Assembly: GCF_963921235.1 (NCBI RefSeq)
Contig: NC_086097.1
Location: 198,650,001-198,714,000 of the forward strand
Source: Mobula hypostoma
Taxonomy: Eukaryota
Direction of reading: 5' to 3'
DNA: 64,000 nucleotides
Part shown: positions 1-14,263 of the stretch, piece by piece
Layout of the letters: every line of letters begins with the position of its first letter
Numbering within the stretch: the first letter of the stretch is position 1
Position numbers and translations under genes: made by a program
Notes under the pieces: model-generated
Databases searched by the model: none
The model's input: only the letters and a program-made list of their open reading frames with translations
Told to the model about the DNA's origin: nothing

Positions 1-950
1 TAGGACATATAGAGAGTTAGTTACACCCAAGGTGCAGGAAACAGGAGACTGGGTGACAGTCAGAAAGGGGAAAGGGTTTAACACCCAGTGCAGAGTACCC
101 CTGTGACCATCCCCCTCAACAACTGGTATACTACATTGGATACTACTGGGGGATAACCTAGCAGAGGAAAGTCACAGCAGTCAGATCTCTGGCACAGGGC
201 CTGGCCCTGTGACTCAGAAAGGAAGGGGGAAGCAGAGGCGAGCTGTGGTGATAGGGGATTCATTAGTTAGAACAGAAAGGAGGTTCTGTAGATGAAAACA
301 AGATTCCTAGATGGTATGTTGTCTCCCAGGTGCAGGGTCTGAGACACCTCGGATTGAGTCCTCAAAATTTTTAAGTGGGAGAGTGAACAGCCAGAGATCA
401 TGGTCTATGAAGGTACCAATGACATAGGTAGGAATAGTGACAAGTTTCTGCAAAGTGAGTTCAGTGAGTTAGGAGTTAAAGGACAGAACCTCCAGGGTTG
501 TGATCTCAAGATTGCTACCTATCCCACATCTGAGTGAGGCCAGAAGTAGGAGGATCATACCATTTAATATGCAGCTAAGGAGCAAGTGTGGGAGGCTGGG
601 TGTCAGATTTTGGGATCATTGGGACCTGTACGGGAGAGACAGTTTGCACCTGAACAGGAGGAGGTCTAATATCCTAGCGGAAAGGTTTGCTAGTGCCACA
701 CAGCCACACAGGAGGGTTTAAAAGAGAGTTGCGGTGGGCGGTGGGGGGGGGGCGAGGGATCCAGAGTGCCAGAACAAAGAGGTTATGGAGACAGATGTTG
801 TTAACGCCTCAGACAAAGTCAGAAACCAAAAGATTGAGCAGGATATAACTAATGTCCTAAGCTGCACATATTTCAATGCAAGGAGTATTATAAGCAAGGC
901 ATATGAGCTCAGGGTGTGGATCAACACATGGAATTATCATACTGTAGCCT
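1..950 (+). mobile_element. Decayed CR1 LINE fragment: ORF1 SGNH-esterase region and start of ORF2 endonuclease
   Basis: Degenerate GDS..., MVCCLPG, GTND and DSLHLN motifs (ORF 500-721), followed by CTYFNARSI (ORF 734-988), the typical start of the CR1 ORF2 endonuclease; homologous to 5520-6570 on the other strand. Confidence 0.85.
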
Positions 951-1167
951 TTCTGGAGGAGTTTAGTCAGATGGTAGTGAATCGGTGAAATTCATTGCCA
1001 TAGATAGCTGTGAAGGCCAAATCATTGAGTATATTTAGGTTGATAGGTTCTTGATTACTCAGGGAGTCAAAGGTTATGGGGAGAAGGCAGGAGAATGAGA
1101 TTGAGAGGGATAATAAATCAGCCATGAAGGAATGGCCTAATTCAGCTCCTATGTCTTATGGTCTTAA
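951..1167 (+). mobile_element. CR1 LINE 3' end
   Basis: ORF2 C-terminal remnant, 3' UTR and tail cctatgtcttatggtctta. Confidence 0.8.
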
Positions 1168-4116
1168 CTTAGTACTATTGGAACTCTAGTTGGTTGCTTC
1201 TTTTAAAGGAAGATTTCTCTCCAGCATTTTGATTGGACAAACAATACCCCAAGGAGAAGGATGAAGCTGCTCAAGTACAAATCATAACTCCTCTGTAAGG
1301 ATGGCAGCTCTTGTGCTCTTACGATTGCCACTTCAGTGGTCCCTTCATAGCCAGCTGTTCCCAACAGATGTTGCTCATAATGAGAAAACACAGTACAAAG
1401 CAATCTGATTTCTTTCATGGCTGTTTGCAGTCTCCATCGTGGTTAAAAAGTGCAACCAAACATCAACTGAATTGCACTTATCACAGGCCACTGTTTGACA
1501 ATACTAGTGCAGTGAAGGGATGCAGAAGACAAGCGCAAGCACTTTCACAATAGCGATAGGAGATAAAGCAATTTTTTCATAAATAACATATTGATCATAA
1601 GACCAAAAGACCATAAGATATAGGAGCACAATTAGGCCATTCAGCCAATTACATATGTTCTGCCATTTGATCATGGCTGATCCATTTCCCTCCTAACCCC
1701 ATTTCCCCATATCGTTTCATGCCCTGGGTTATCAAGTGTCTATCAAACTCCACCTTCAACACACTCAAAGACTTGGCCTCCACAGCTGCCTGTGGCAACG
1801 AATTCCACAGATTCACCACCCTCTGGCTAAGAAATTCTTCCTTATCTCTGAAGTTGTGCCCTCTGGTCCTAGCCTCTCCCACTATAATAAACACCCTCTC
1901 CACATCCACTCTATTTTGGCTTTTCACCATTCGATAGGTTTTAATGAGATCCCCTCTCATTTTTCTAAGTTCCAGTGAGTACAAGCCCAGAATCATCAAA
2001 CGCTTCTTATATGATAAGCCTTTCATTCCCAAAAACATTTTCGTGAACATACTTTGAACCCTCTCCAATGTCAGCACATCCTTTCTTAGATAATGGGCCC
2101 CAAACTGCACACAATAGTCCAAGTGAGGCCTCACCAGTGCTTTATAAAGCCTCAACATTACATCCTTGCCTTTATATTCTAGTCCTCTCAAAATGAATTC
2201 TAACATTGCATTTGTCTTCCTTGCCACTGACTCAACCTGCAAATTAGCCTTTAGGGAATCCTACACAAGGGCTCCCAAGTCCCTTTACACCTCAGATTTT
2301 TAAATTTTCTCTCCATTTAGAAAATAACCTATACTTTTATTCCTTTTACCAAATAGCATGAGTAAACACTTCCTGACACTATTACTTCTGCCATTTCTCT
2401 GTCCGTTATCGTAATCTGTCTAAGTCCTTCTGCAGCCTCCCTACTCTCTCAACACTACATATCTCCACATATCTTCATATCATCCATAAATTTAGCCACA
2501 AAGCCATCAATTCCATCATCCAAATCATTGACATACAATGTAAACAGAAGCAGTGCAAACACCAAACCCCTGTGGAATATCACTGGTCACCAGCAGTCAA
2601 TCAAAAAAGGCTCCCTCTATTCCCACTCTTTGCCTCATGCCAATCAGCGAATACTCTATCCATTCTCTTTCCTGTAATACCATGGGCTCTTATCTTGCTA
2701 AGCAGCCTCATGTGCAGCACCTTATCAATGGCCTTCAGAAAATACAAATACAACACATCCCCCAATTCACCTCTGTCTATCCTGCTTGGTGTTTCCTCAA
2801 AGAACTCAAACAGATTTGTCAGGGAAGATTTTCCTTTAAGGAAACCATGCTGACTTAGGCCTGTTTAACTATTTGCCTCCAAGTACCCCCAAATCTCATC
2901 CTTAACAATTGACTCCAACATCTTCCCAACCGCTGAGGTCAGGCTGACTGGCTTATAGTTTCCTTTCTTCTACCTGTCTCCCTTCTTGAAGAGTGGAGTG
3001 CCATTTGCAATTTTCCAATCCTCCAGAACCATACTAGAATCTAATGATTCTTGAAAGATCATAACTACTGCCTTCTCAATCTTATCAGTTACCTCTTTGA
3101 GAACCCTGTGGTGTAGTCCATTTCATCCAGGTGACTTATTTGCCTTCAGACCTTTCAGCTTCCCAAGTACTTTCTCTCCTGTAATAGCAACTGCATTCAC
3201 TTCTGCCCCCTGCAGCTCTTGACCTCTGAAACATACTGCTAGTGTCTGCCACAGTAAAGACTGATGCAAAATACTTGTTAAGTTTGTCCATCATTTCCTT
3301 CTTCTTTGGGATGTATTCCAAGGATAGATGTCTCTATCTTTAGAATACTTCTAGAATACTTTTTCTTTGGATGTATCTATCTTGCATCTTCTGAATTGCT
3401 CCTTGAAACTGCATTGTGGCCCTGCCATCATCCCTGCTCATGTCCCCTTCTAATCAACATTGGCCAGCTCCCCTTTCATGCTTCTGTAATTCCCCTTACT
3501 CCACTGTGATATTGATACATTTGATATTAGCTTCTCCCTCTCAAATTGCAGGGTAAATTCTATCATATTATGTTCACTGTCTCCTGAGGGTTCCTTTACC
3601 ATAAGCTCCCTAATCAAATCTGGTTCATTACACAACACCCAATCCAGAATCACAGATGGTCTAATGGGCTCAATGACAAGTTGCTCTAAGTTCTTTCTTG
3701 GAATCCAAAATCACCACCTACCTGATTTTCCCAATCTACCAATCTGCACTTTCTGTCTTCCATTGTAATTGGCCACCCACATCCTGGCTACTGTTCGGAG
3801 GCCTGTATATAACTCCCATCAGGTCTTTTTACCCTTGCAGTTCCTTAACTCTACCCACAACGATTCAACATCTTCTGACCCCATGTCACCTCCTTCTAAG
3901 GGTTTGATTCCATTTTTTACCAACAGAGCCATACCACCCCTTCTGCTTCTCTGGCTGTCATAGAAGCATAGAGTCATAGAAAAGTACAGCACAGAAATAG
4001 GCCATTCAGCCTATCTAGTCCATTCCATGTTCTTTGGATACAATATGTATCCTTGGATATTAAGTTCCCAACTACAATAATCTTTCAGCCATGCCTTAGT
4101 GATGTACACAACATTA

Positions 4117-5510
4117 AAGATTCAAAGATTCAAAAAACTTTATTGTCATTCTAACCGTACATCAGCTCTGCAGGGCAGAATGAGACAACGTTTCTCAGGG
4201 GCAGTGCAATCATAACATAACAAACGCAACACTAAGTAATAAACATAACAATAAATAGAAAAACACAACAGCCACATGTCAGTTAAAATCAGTTATAAGT
4301 GTCCAGTGCAAGTTAAAAGTGTCCAAAGCAGAGTCAGGTGGAGCAGCTATTTAGCAGTCTGACTGCCTGTGGGAGGAAACTGTTTAGTAGCCTTGTGGTT
4401 TTAGTTTTGATGCTCCTGTAACGTTTGCCTGATGGCAGAAGAACAAACAGTTCATGGAGAGGGTGTGAGGGGTCTTTGATGATGTACCATGTCTTCTGGA
4501 GGCATCGACTCTGAAAGAGGTCTTGGACAGAAGGTAGGGAGGCCGCAATAACCTTCTCTGCTCCCCTAACCACCCTCTGCAAGGCTTTTCTGTCGACAGC
4601 ACTGCAGCTGGAGTACCAGGTTGTGATGCAAAAGGTCAGCACATTCTCAACCACGCCTCTGTAGAATGCAGTTAAGATGTTAGTGGGGAGTGATGCTTGT
4701 TTAAGCTTCCTCAGAAAGTGCAATCTCTGCTGGGCCCGTTTCACAATCCCAGTGGTGTTCCTGGACCAGGTGAGATTGTCTGAGATCTGCACCCCAAGGA
4801 ACTTGATGTTTTCCACTCTCTCCACTGTGGAGCCGCTGATGCTGAGGGGTGTGTGCTCAGGCTGAGACTGTCTGAAATCGACGATCAGCTCCTTGGTTTT
4901 GGTGACATTAAGCATCAAGTTGTTATCCCTGCACCAGCTCTCTGGGTGTTTGACCTCCTCCCTGTACATAGTTTCATCATTTTTGCTGATGAGCCCCACC
5001 ACTGTGGTATCATCAGCAAATTTAATGATCAGGTTCTCCTTGGCTGCACTGTCATGTGTTAGCAGTGTAAACAGCAATGGGCTAAGCACACAGCCTTGTG
5101 GGGATCCAGTGCTCAGTGTGATGGAGTCAGAGATGTTCCTGCCAACACGGACTGACTGTGGTCTCTCTGTCAAGAAATCCAGAATCCAGCGACACATGGC
5201 AGTGCTAAGGCCAAGCAGCGACAGTTTCACCACTAGTCTCTGCGGGATGATGGTATTGAACGCTGAACTGAAATCAATGTACAGGATTCTGGCATAAGTG
5301 TCTTTGTTGTCCAAGTGAGAGAGAACTGTGTGCAGTGGGTGGATATTGCATCCTCCGTAGAGCGATTTGGACGATAATAAGCAAACTGTAGAGGATCCAG
5401 TGATGAGGGGAGGCTGGCTGTGATATGAGGCTTGACAAGCCGTTCAAAACATTTCATCACTATGGGGGTCAGGGCAACGGGACGGTAATCATTCAGACAG
5501 GCTACAACTG
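4117..5510 (-). mobile_element. Rex1/Babar-type LINE, 5'-truncated
   Basis: 326-aa RT ORF 4334-5314 ([27 protein letters not shown]); upstream NDYRPVALT in another frame; 3' tail with aagattca repeats at 4117. Confidence 0.9.
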
Positions 5511-6576
5511 ATGTTGTATGATACAATATCATACTTGCCAACCTCTAACTGTGCTATAGGATCATCTACCTTATTCTGTATTCAAACATAACACCTTCAG
5601 TCCTGTATTCATCACTCTTTTTGATTTTGTTCCCCTGTTACACTGCAATTCAATCTACTGACTGCAATTTTGCCCTATCATTTGCCTGTCCTTCCTGACA
5701 GTCTCACTACACACTGCCTCTGCTTGTATACCAACCACCCCATCCCCAGCCCTATGAATCAGTTTCCCATTCCTATGCCAGATTAGTTTAAACTCTCCCC
5801 AACAGTTTTAGCAAACTTGCCTGCAAGGATATTGGTCTCCCTCGGGTTCAGGTGTAACCTGTCCATTTTGTATAGGTCATATCTTCCCCAGAAGAGATCC
5901 CAATGATCCAGAAATTTGAAACTCAGCCCCCTATACCAGTTCCTCAGCCACGCATTCATCTGCCAAATCATCCTATTCTTACCCTCGATGTCATGTGGCA
6001 CAGGCAGTATTCCCAAGATTACTACCCTGGGAGTCCTGCTTTTCAGCTTTCTACCTAGCTCCATAAATTCGCTCTTCAGGACCTCCTTCCTTTTCCTACC
6101 TATGTCATTGGTGCCAATATGTACCAAGACTTCAGGCTGCTCACCCTCCCCCCTTTAGAATGCCATGGTCCGGATCCAAGTTGTCCATAACCCTGGCACC
6201 TGGGAGGCAACATGCTATCCATATATCTCTATCACTTCCACAGAATCTCATGTCTACTTCTCTAACTATGGAATCCCCTATCTCTACAGCAGTCTGCTTC
6301 TCCCTACTTCCCTTCTGAGCTGCAGTGCTAGACTCAGTGCCAGAGACACGGTTGCTATGGGTCCCTCTGGTAGGTCATCCACCCTCCCCCCCCAACAGTA
6401 TCCAAAGCAATATATTTATTATTAAGGGGAAAAGTCATAGGGGTACTCTGCATTGGCCCATTTCTCTTCCCTCTCCTGACCCAGGTTCCTGCCTCCTGCA
6501 ACTTAGGAGTGACTACCTCCCTGTAGCTCCTATCTATCACCTCCTTAGTTTCCTGTACGAGCTGAAGGTCATTGAC

Positions 6577-8831
6577 TGAGAGTGACATAGTTAATTCAGA
6601 AACAAAGGTTCTGAACTTAAAGAGGGGTAACTTTGAAGGTATGAGACATGAATTAGCTAAGATAGACTGGCAAATGACACTTCAAGGATTGACGGTGGAT
6701 ATGCAATGGCAGGCATTTAAAGGTTGCATGGATGAACTACAACAATTGTTCATCCCAGTTTGGCAAAAGAATAAATCAAGGAAGGTAGTGCACCCGTGGC
6801 TGACAAGAGAAATTAGGGATAGTATCAATTCCAAAGAAGTAGCATACAAATTAGCCAGAGAAAGTGGCTCACCTGAGGACTGGGAGAAATTCAGAGTTCA
6901 GCAGAGGAGGACAAAGGGCTTAATTAGGAAGGGGAAAAAAGATTATGAGAGAAAACTGGCAGAGAACATAAAAACGGACTGCAAAAGCTTTTATAGATAT
7001 GTAAAAAGGAAAAGACTGATAAAGACAAATGTAGGTCCCCTGCAAACAGAAACAGGTGAATTGATTATGGGGAGCAAGGACATGGCAGACCAATTGAATA
7101 ATTACTTTGGTTCTGTCTTCACTAAGGAGGACATAAATAATCTTCCAGAAATAGTAAGGGACAGAGGGTCCAGTGAGATGGAGGAACTGAGCGAAATACA
7201 TGTTAGTAGGGAAGTGGTGTTAGGTAAATTGAAGGGATTGAAGGCAGATAAATCCCCAGGGCCAGATGGTCTGCATCCCAGAGTGCTTAAGGAAGTGGCC
7301 CAAGAAATAGTGGATGCATTAGTGATAATTTTTCAAAACTCGTTAGATTCTGGACTAGTTCCTGAGGATTGGAGGGTGGCTAATGTAACCCCACTTTTTA
7401 AAAAAGGAGGGAGAGAGAAACCGGGGAATTATAGGCCGGTTAGCCTAACGTCGGTGGTGGGGAAACTGCTGGAGTCAGTTATCAAGGATGTGATAACAGC
7501 ACATTTGGAAAGCGGTGAAATGATCGGACAAAGTCAGCATGGATTTGTGAAAGGAAAATCATGTCTGACGAATCTCATAGAATTTTTTGAGGATGTAACT
7601 AGTAGAGTGGATAGGGGAGAACCAGTGGATGTGGTATATTTGGATTTTCAAAAGGCTTTTGACAAGGTCCCACATAGGAGATTAGTGTGCAAACTTAAAG
7701 CACACGGTATTGGGGGTAAGGTATTGGTGTGGGTGGAGAATTGGTTAGCAGACAGGAAGCAAAGAGTGGGAATAAACGGGACCTTTTCAGAATGGCAGGC
7801 GGTGACTAGTGGGGTACCGCAAGGCTCAGTGCTGGGACCCCAGTTGTTTACAATATATATTAATGACTTGGATGAGGGAATTAAATGCAGCATCTCCAAG
7901 TTTGCGGATGACACAAAGCTGGGTGGCAGTGTTAGCAGTGAGGAGGATGCTAAGAGAATGCAGGGTGACTTGGATAGGTTGGGTGAGTGGGCAAACTCAT
8001 GGCAGATGCAATTTAATGTGGATAAATGTGAAGTTATCCACTTTGGTGGCAAAAATAGGAAAACAGATTATTATCTGAATGGTGGCCGATTAGGAAAAGG
8101 GGAGGTGCAACGAGACCTGGGTGTCATTATACACCAGTCATTGAAAGTGGGCATGCAGGTACAGCAGGCGGTGAAAAAGGCGAACGGTATGCTGGCATTT
8201 ATAGCGAGAGGATTCGAGTACAGGAGCAGGGAGGTACTACTGCAGTTGTACAAGGCCTTGGTGAGACCACACCTGGAGTATTGTGTGCAGTTTTGGTCCC
8301 CTAATCTGAGGAAAGACATCTTTGCCATAGAGGGAGTACAAAGAAGGTTCACCAGATTGATTCCTGGGATGGCAGGTCTTTCATATGAAGAAAGACTGGA
8401 TGAACTGGGCTTGTACTCGTTGGAATTTAGAAGATTGAGGGGGGATCTGATTGAAACGTATAAGATCCTAAAGGGATTGGACAGGCTAGATGCGGGAAGA
8501 TTGTTCCCGATGTTGGGGAGGTCTAGAACGAGGGGTCACAGTTTGAGGATAGAGGGGAAGCCTTTTAGGACCGAGGTTAGGAAAAACTTCTTCACACAGA
8601 GAGTGGTGAATCTGTGGAATTCTCTGCCACAGCAAACTGTTGAGGCCAGTTCATTAGCTATGTTTAAAAGGAAGTTAGATATGGCCCTTGTGGCTACAGG
8701 GGTCAGGGGGTATGGAGGGAAGGCTGGGTTCTGAGTTGGATGATCAGCCATGATCATAATAAATGGCGGTGCAGGCTCGAAGGGCCGAATGGCCTACTCC
8801 TGCACCTATTTTCTATGTTTCTATGTTTCTA
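6577..8831 (+). mobile_element. Young 5'-truncated CR1 LINE with an uninterrupted 720-aa ORF2 (RT) segment
   Basis: ORF 6572-8734 without stops (NYRPVSL, DFQKAFDKV, GVPQGSVLGP, FADD); tail (TTCTATGT)n; tgac at 6573-6576 and 8832-8835 rejoins the host CR1. Confidence 0.95.
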
Positions 8832-11039
8832 TGACCTACAGCTTCAGTTCCTTGGCACATTCTCTGAGGAGCTGCAGCTCAGTGCACCTAATGCAGATGT
8901 GGTTATCCGGGAGGTCTGAGGTCTCCCATAATTCCCACATCTCACACAAAGAACACAACACTGCCCCTGGAGCCTTCCTTACTGTTTTAACTAAGTACTA
9001 ACAGACAAGGAATGAAGAATGAAGAAGAGGAAACTTACTAGCTACATACCTTGCCCGAGGCTGTTGAGCCAAAGCCTCCCCTCTCTAACACTGGTGCACT
9101 CCAACAATGGCTCTTCCACTTGTTCCTACTTTATTTTTGTTTGCCCTTGATAATGAAGTTCTATTTGATTGGGCCACAGGAAAATGCTGAAAATCTGCAA
9201 ATATTCCTGTTTTAAATCTCACTCATAGACATTTGATTTTTCTCCCCTTTCACTCCCAATTCAATTGGGGCTCCAGACAAATACCAAAAGCTAGTGAACG
9301 CACCTTTTATAAATCTCACTCACAGATCTGTGAGTTGCCTTCTCTCTCACTCCCAATCAATTGGGCAGCTGGAAAAACTGAACTGAGAACTGAAAGAGTT
9401 GAAAGATGGTTGGAAGTAGATTTTGCAGCACCATTCAAAAGGGACTGCTAAATACTTGAAGAGGAATATCTTTGAAATCAGTAGGATCGGACTAAGTGAA
9501 CTAACAGCTCTCTCAAACAGCTACCTTTGGCATCATGGGCCGTAAGGCTCTGCGTTAACACACTTGTGTGGGAACAGGTGGGGATCTCTTTGTTCCCGTC
9601 ATTAGATCATCCTCAAACTACATTTGCCCTGATTAGAAACGAGTCAATGACCAGCTGACTCTTGCCTGGGGCCAGTTCATTTTGTAATGTGCTGATTGAC
9701 AGTGTTAAATGAAGGCTAACAGTTCCAGCGAACTTCTTTCTGTTGCATCTGTTGTGCAAAAAATTAACATAGTGCATAATTTAGTCTGACCTTCTACTGT
9801 GAGAGTGCTGAATTTCACTGTATATATCAGCATCTGTGATCAGGGAACTACAAACTCCCCTTGCTATCAAATTTGTAGTTGTCTTGAAGGGCATTATGGC
9901 AAAACTGAGTGCACCATTTTTTCTATCACGAGTCATTCATAACTGATTCTGGACGCAGCCTAATTCTAGGAATTGGCAATTACATCCAGCTATGTTGCTG
10001 ATGTGCAGACTGCTCAGCCAGATCTAGGCATCTCTGTTAGGCATTAGATAGATAGTCACGTTGCCTGAAGCAATAACAAATTGGTCAATTTTCTTCTTTG
10101 TACACAGACTTCTGTGCTTTTCCCATCTCTTTTTTTGTACAGCAAAGTTGAAACCTCTGATGTACCCACATTGCTCTATGGACTACTCTGCAGTGGACTT
10201 CTGCATTATTTCTAACTTCTGGTTACTCACACTCAAAATGTTGGTAGAATGTTCATTTTAAGCAGGGATTGCACATTATAAACCTAGCATGAATTTTCTT
10301 TCTACTGACTTCAATGGAAAGATAGGTCATAGGAGCACATTTCAAAAAGTTGAAATGACGTTGCCCATTGTATTGCCCAAAATTGCTATTTCTTAGTAAG
10401 GAATACTTAAAAGGCAAGCATAGGGAAATATGTGAATACTCTGCAGTCCAAGCTTAACAAATACTTGGTGAAAAAAATACCACTGTTAACATAGTTCATT
10501 TTTCTTTACTTCCAGCACAAGTTTAGGAATGTGTGGGAAAAGTGACACCATACTATTGATGCTAACCACAAAATTACTACATCTTAAAACTGTCTGTGTA
10601 CGTTCCACCCCTGACGAAAAGCAATCATACCCACCTCCGTGCCTGAGAAAATACCTTATCTGTCAGAAGTTTAAGTTTAGAATTGACTAGTTAAGGGGTT
10701 TCAAATTGTTTTTGTTAATTTCCTTTGCTTTTGTGACTCATTTGGCAAATATAGTTCCTCACATGAAACTGAAGAATACAGAATAGGAAGATCCAAAATC
10801 CACTCCCCTTGTTAGGTAATTTCTTTCTGGAAGATGGGGAAATAAAATTTGTCTCTTATTCTTTTCACTAACTTGCTCATTAGATGCAAATGTTGATGTT
10901 TATTCTTCACCTCTAATTACCACTGAACTAAAGATACATATACATTGTGACCCTGGAGTCTATTAAGGCCAGACTGGGTGAGGACAGTAGATTTTGTTCC
11001 CTGAAGGATAATAATTAAACAGTTGGTTTGCATGGAACA

Positions 11040-12220
11040 AATGTTTCTTTGAAGGGATTAGCTTCTGCATCAGGTTTGAGAAAAGGTAACCTGTGTAATT
11101 AGGAGAAGAGACGGGAGGACATAAGTGATAGGTGGACTGAGGAAGGATGAGGGATGATGAACAGAGGGATCCTGGTGGTGGAGGAAGAGAGGTGGATTTG
11201 GAAGACATAGGCAAGTGGGTGGTGGGTGATGGGTGGAGGCAGACAAGAAGAAAATTAAAGGAAGAATGGAGGTAGATGCAGCCAAATTGGGGAAGGGGCA
11301 GGTGAAGGTGGAAACAGAGGCTGAGAAGTGATGAGCAGGAACACAAAGACTATAAGTGCTGGAATCTGATCAATAAGGAAGGTGATACTGGGAAATACTG
11401 GGAGATAAATGGTGTAATGGAATCAGATGGGGGGGCAAGAAAGTGGTTAATGGGGACGTAGAAGGAGAGCTACAGTATATGGCAACGAGAACGAAAATGG
11501 GAGGACAACGGATGGATTGGGTGGAGAGAGAGAGAGAGTGTGATACTTTAAATTGGACAATTTGATGTTCTTATTGGTTTGTAGACGACCAAGGCAGAAT
11601 ATGATGATATCATGTTGAGGTGTCTGGCTTCACCATGGCAGTAGAGAAGGTCAAGAACAATAGGGTAGTTGAAAAAAGCTGTAGCTAAGAGTTTGTGTGA
11701 TGGCTATTGCTTTTTGAGGAAATGTACTTTTCCTACCTGCTGTGGTTAATGAAGCCCTCTCCTGCATTTGCTCTGTTTACTGGATTTTCATTGCCCACCC
11801 CATCTGCCAAACATAACAGAGATGCAGTTCCCTTTCTTCTCACCCTTCACCCCACTAGCCTCCATATGCAGAATATTACTCTTCATAATATCTGGCTGGT
11901 GCATAGGGATCCAGCCACTTGTCGAACTTCCCTTCCCCTCACATTTCTGCCTTGCATAGGGACCACTGCCTCCGTGAATCTCTGGACTGCTCTTCTGTCT
12001 GTCTATCATCCTCCACTCCTCCTCAGTCCATTTAATACCTGGCAGTCCATGTCTCAGCCTCTTTCTATTGGCTCCATTCCTTCTGCACTCTCAGTCCGGG
12101 TGCAGAGTCTCTATACCAAAAACTGATAATTCATTTCTGTTCATGGAGGGTGCTCAACCTACTGATCTCCACCAGCACCATGTTCTTTTTCTTGTTCCAG
12201 ATTACAGCATCCACAGTCTC
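11040..12220. mobile_element. Old Penelope-like element fragments in opposite orientations (about 11040-11700 minus, about 11700-12220 plus)
   Basis: Purine-rich 3' region plus similarity to the VPLVLTYHP segment and terminal ccagcat/gatgct motifs of the younger copy at 23806. Confidence 0.6.
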
Positions 12221-12799
12221 TGGTTGTGAGCATGTTGGAAGCATGGCAACACTTGCAGGAAGCTCCCAGCACACACTTGGACTGAGATGGTCATTGACGC
12301 AAATGGAACATTTACATATGTTCATATGTAAATATTAAAAATAAAGCTCATCTTTCTTTATCATAATAATATTTTTAACAAATCTTGCATAAAACAGTAC
12401 TGCATAGGAACGAGCTCTTCGGCCCATAATGTCAATTAAAAATAATCCTAAATGTTCGCACGTACTCTATAACCCTCCCTTATTAACTGTTCATGTGCCT
12501 CTTAGATGTTGCTATTGCACCCGCTTCCATCACCACCACTTGCAGTGTGTTCAATACACCTACCACACTCTGTGTAAATAAAAATATGCTTTACAAGTAT
12601 CCTTTAAACTTTTCCTCTCTCAATTTAAGTCTCTAGTATTTGACGTTTCCAATCTTGGTAAAAGACTGGCTATCTTCCTTATTTATGTCTTTTATATGCT
12701 TCCATCAGGACACCTTTCAGCTCTGATGGTTCAGAGAAAATAACCCAAATTTGCCTAGCCTCCTCTTATACCTAAAGCTCTCTAATCCAGGCAGTTTAG

Positions 12800-13925
12800 T
12801 AATGAAAGGGCTTCCCTTCCTCCACCATTAATGCGCCCTCAACAGCAACTCTTCCATTTCACGCATGTTTGCTTTCATCCCATCTCCCCGCCACCCTACC
12901 AGGGATAGGGTTCCTCTTGGCCTCACCTACCACCCAACCTGCCTCCGCATCTAGCATATAATTCTCCAGAACTTTTGCCATCTCCAACGGGATCCCACCA
13001 CAAAGCACACCTTTCCCTTCCCTCCACTTTCTGCTTTCTACAGGGATTGCTCCCTATGCGACTCCCTATCCATTTGTCCCTCCCCACTGATCTCCCTCCT
13101 AGCACTTATCCTTGAAGGCAGAAAAAGTGCTACACCTGCCCCTACACTTCCTCCCTCACTAACATTCAGGGCCCCAAACTGTCCTTCCAGGTGAGGCAAC
13201 ACTTCACCTGTGAGTCTGTTGAGGTCATATACTATGTTTGGTGCTCCCGGTGTGGCCTCCTGTATACTGGTGAGACCCAACGTAGATTGGGAGATGGCTT
13301 CACCGAGCACCTACTCTCTGTCCACCAGAAGAAGTGGATTCCCCCAGTGGTCACCCATATAAATTCCACTTCCCATTCCCATTCCAATATGTCAATCGAC
13401 GGCCTCCTCTACTGTCATAATGAGGACAGACTCAGGTTGGAGGAGCAACACTTTATATTCCATCTGGGTAACCTCCAACCTGGACATCGATTTCTCAAAC
13501 TTCTGGTAATGCCCCCCTCTCCTTCACCATTACCCATCCCTTTTCCCTCTCTCACCTTATCTCCTTGCCTGCCCATCACCTTCCTCTGGTGCTCCTACCC
13601 TCTTTTCTTTCTTCCATGGTCTTCTGTCCTCTCCTTTTAGATTCCCCCTTCTCCAGCCCTGTTTCTCTTTCACCAATCAACTTCCCAGCTCTTTATTTCA
13701 TCCCTCCCTCTCCAGGTTTCACCTATCACCGTGCGTTTCTCCCTCCTCTCCCCCCCACCCTTTAACGCTACTCCTCATTGTTTTTTCTCCAGTCCTGCCA
13801 AAGGGTCTTGACCCAAAATGTCAACTTTACTGTTTTCCACAGATGCTGCCTAGCCTGCTGAGTTCCTCCAGCATCTTGTGTGTGAAGATGCTGGATTTCC
13901 AGCAGCTGCAGATTTTCTCTTTTTT
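12800..13925 (+). mobile_element. Penelope-like element 3' part with GIY-YIG endonuclease
   Basis: ORF 13191-13640 FTCES..VIY...CSRCGLLYTGETQRRLGD..EH; terminal region homologous to 25540-25926. Confidence 0.9.
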
Positions 13926-14139
13926 AGTTTTGTTATGAACCTCTTTTGCACACTTTTCAATGTCTCCACATCCTGTGATGCAGTGACCAGACAGCATACT
14001 GCACTCCAAATACGGCATAACCAAAGTTTTATATAGCTGCTGCATGACTTGCTGAATTTTATATACAACAGCCTGACTGATGAAGGCAAGCATACCATAT
14101 GCCTTTATTACCATCCTAACTACTAGTGTTGTCACTTTC

Positions 14140-14263
14140 AAAAACAAGAGAAAATCTGCAGATGCTGGTAATCCAAACAACACACACAAAATACTGGAGG
14201 AACTCAGCAGGCCAGGCAGCATCTATGGAAAAAAGTAAAGTCAGCGTTTTGGGCCAAGACCCT
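14140..14263 (-). mobile_element. Short Penelope-like terminal fragment with TSD
   Basis: 11-bp duplication ttgtcactttc at 14129-14139 and 14264-14274. Confidence 0.8.

Larger units (their letters stand above)
1597..9370 (-). mobile_element. Near full-length decayed CR1 LINE, split by insertions at about 3960-4030, 4117-5510 and 6577-8831
   Basis: Tail at 1597; RT C-terminus (ORF 1649-2242, LYKALVRPHLDYC); endonuclease pieces (3450-3653); ORF1 SGNH esterase (5783-6127, GTND...DRLHLN); ORF1 N-terminal CxxC..CxxC (VLCSLCEMWE..HICIRC) at about 8840-8970; putative 5' UTR to about 9370. Confidence 0.9.

Noticed and set aside
6572..8734. 720-aa ORF as a host gene
   Set aside because: 5'-truncated CR1 ORF2 with a retroposon tail; the start codon comes from the junction
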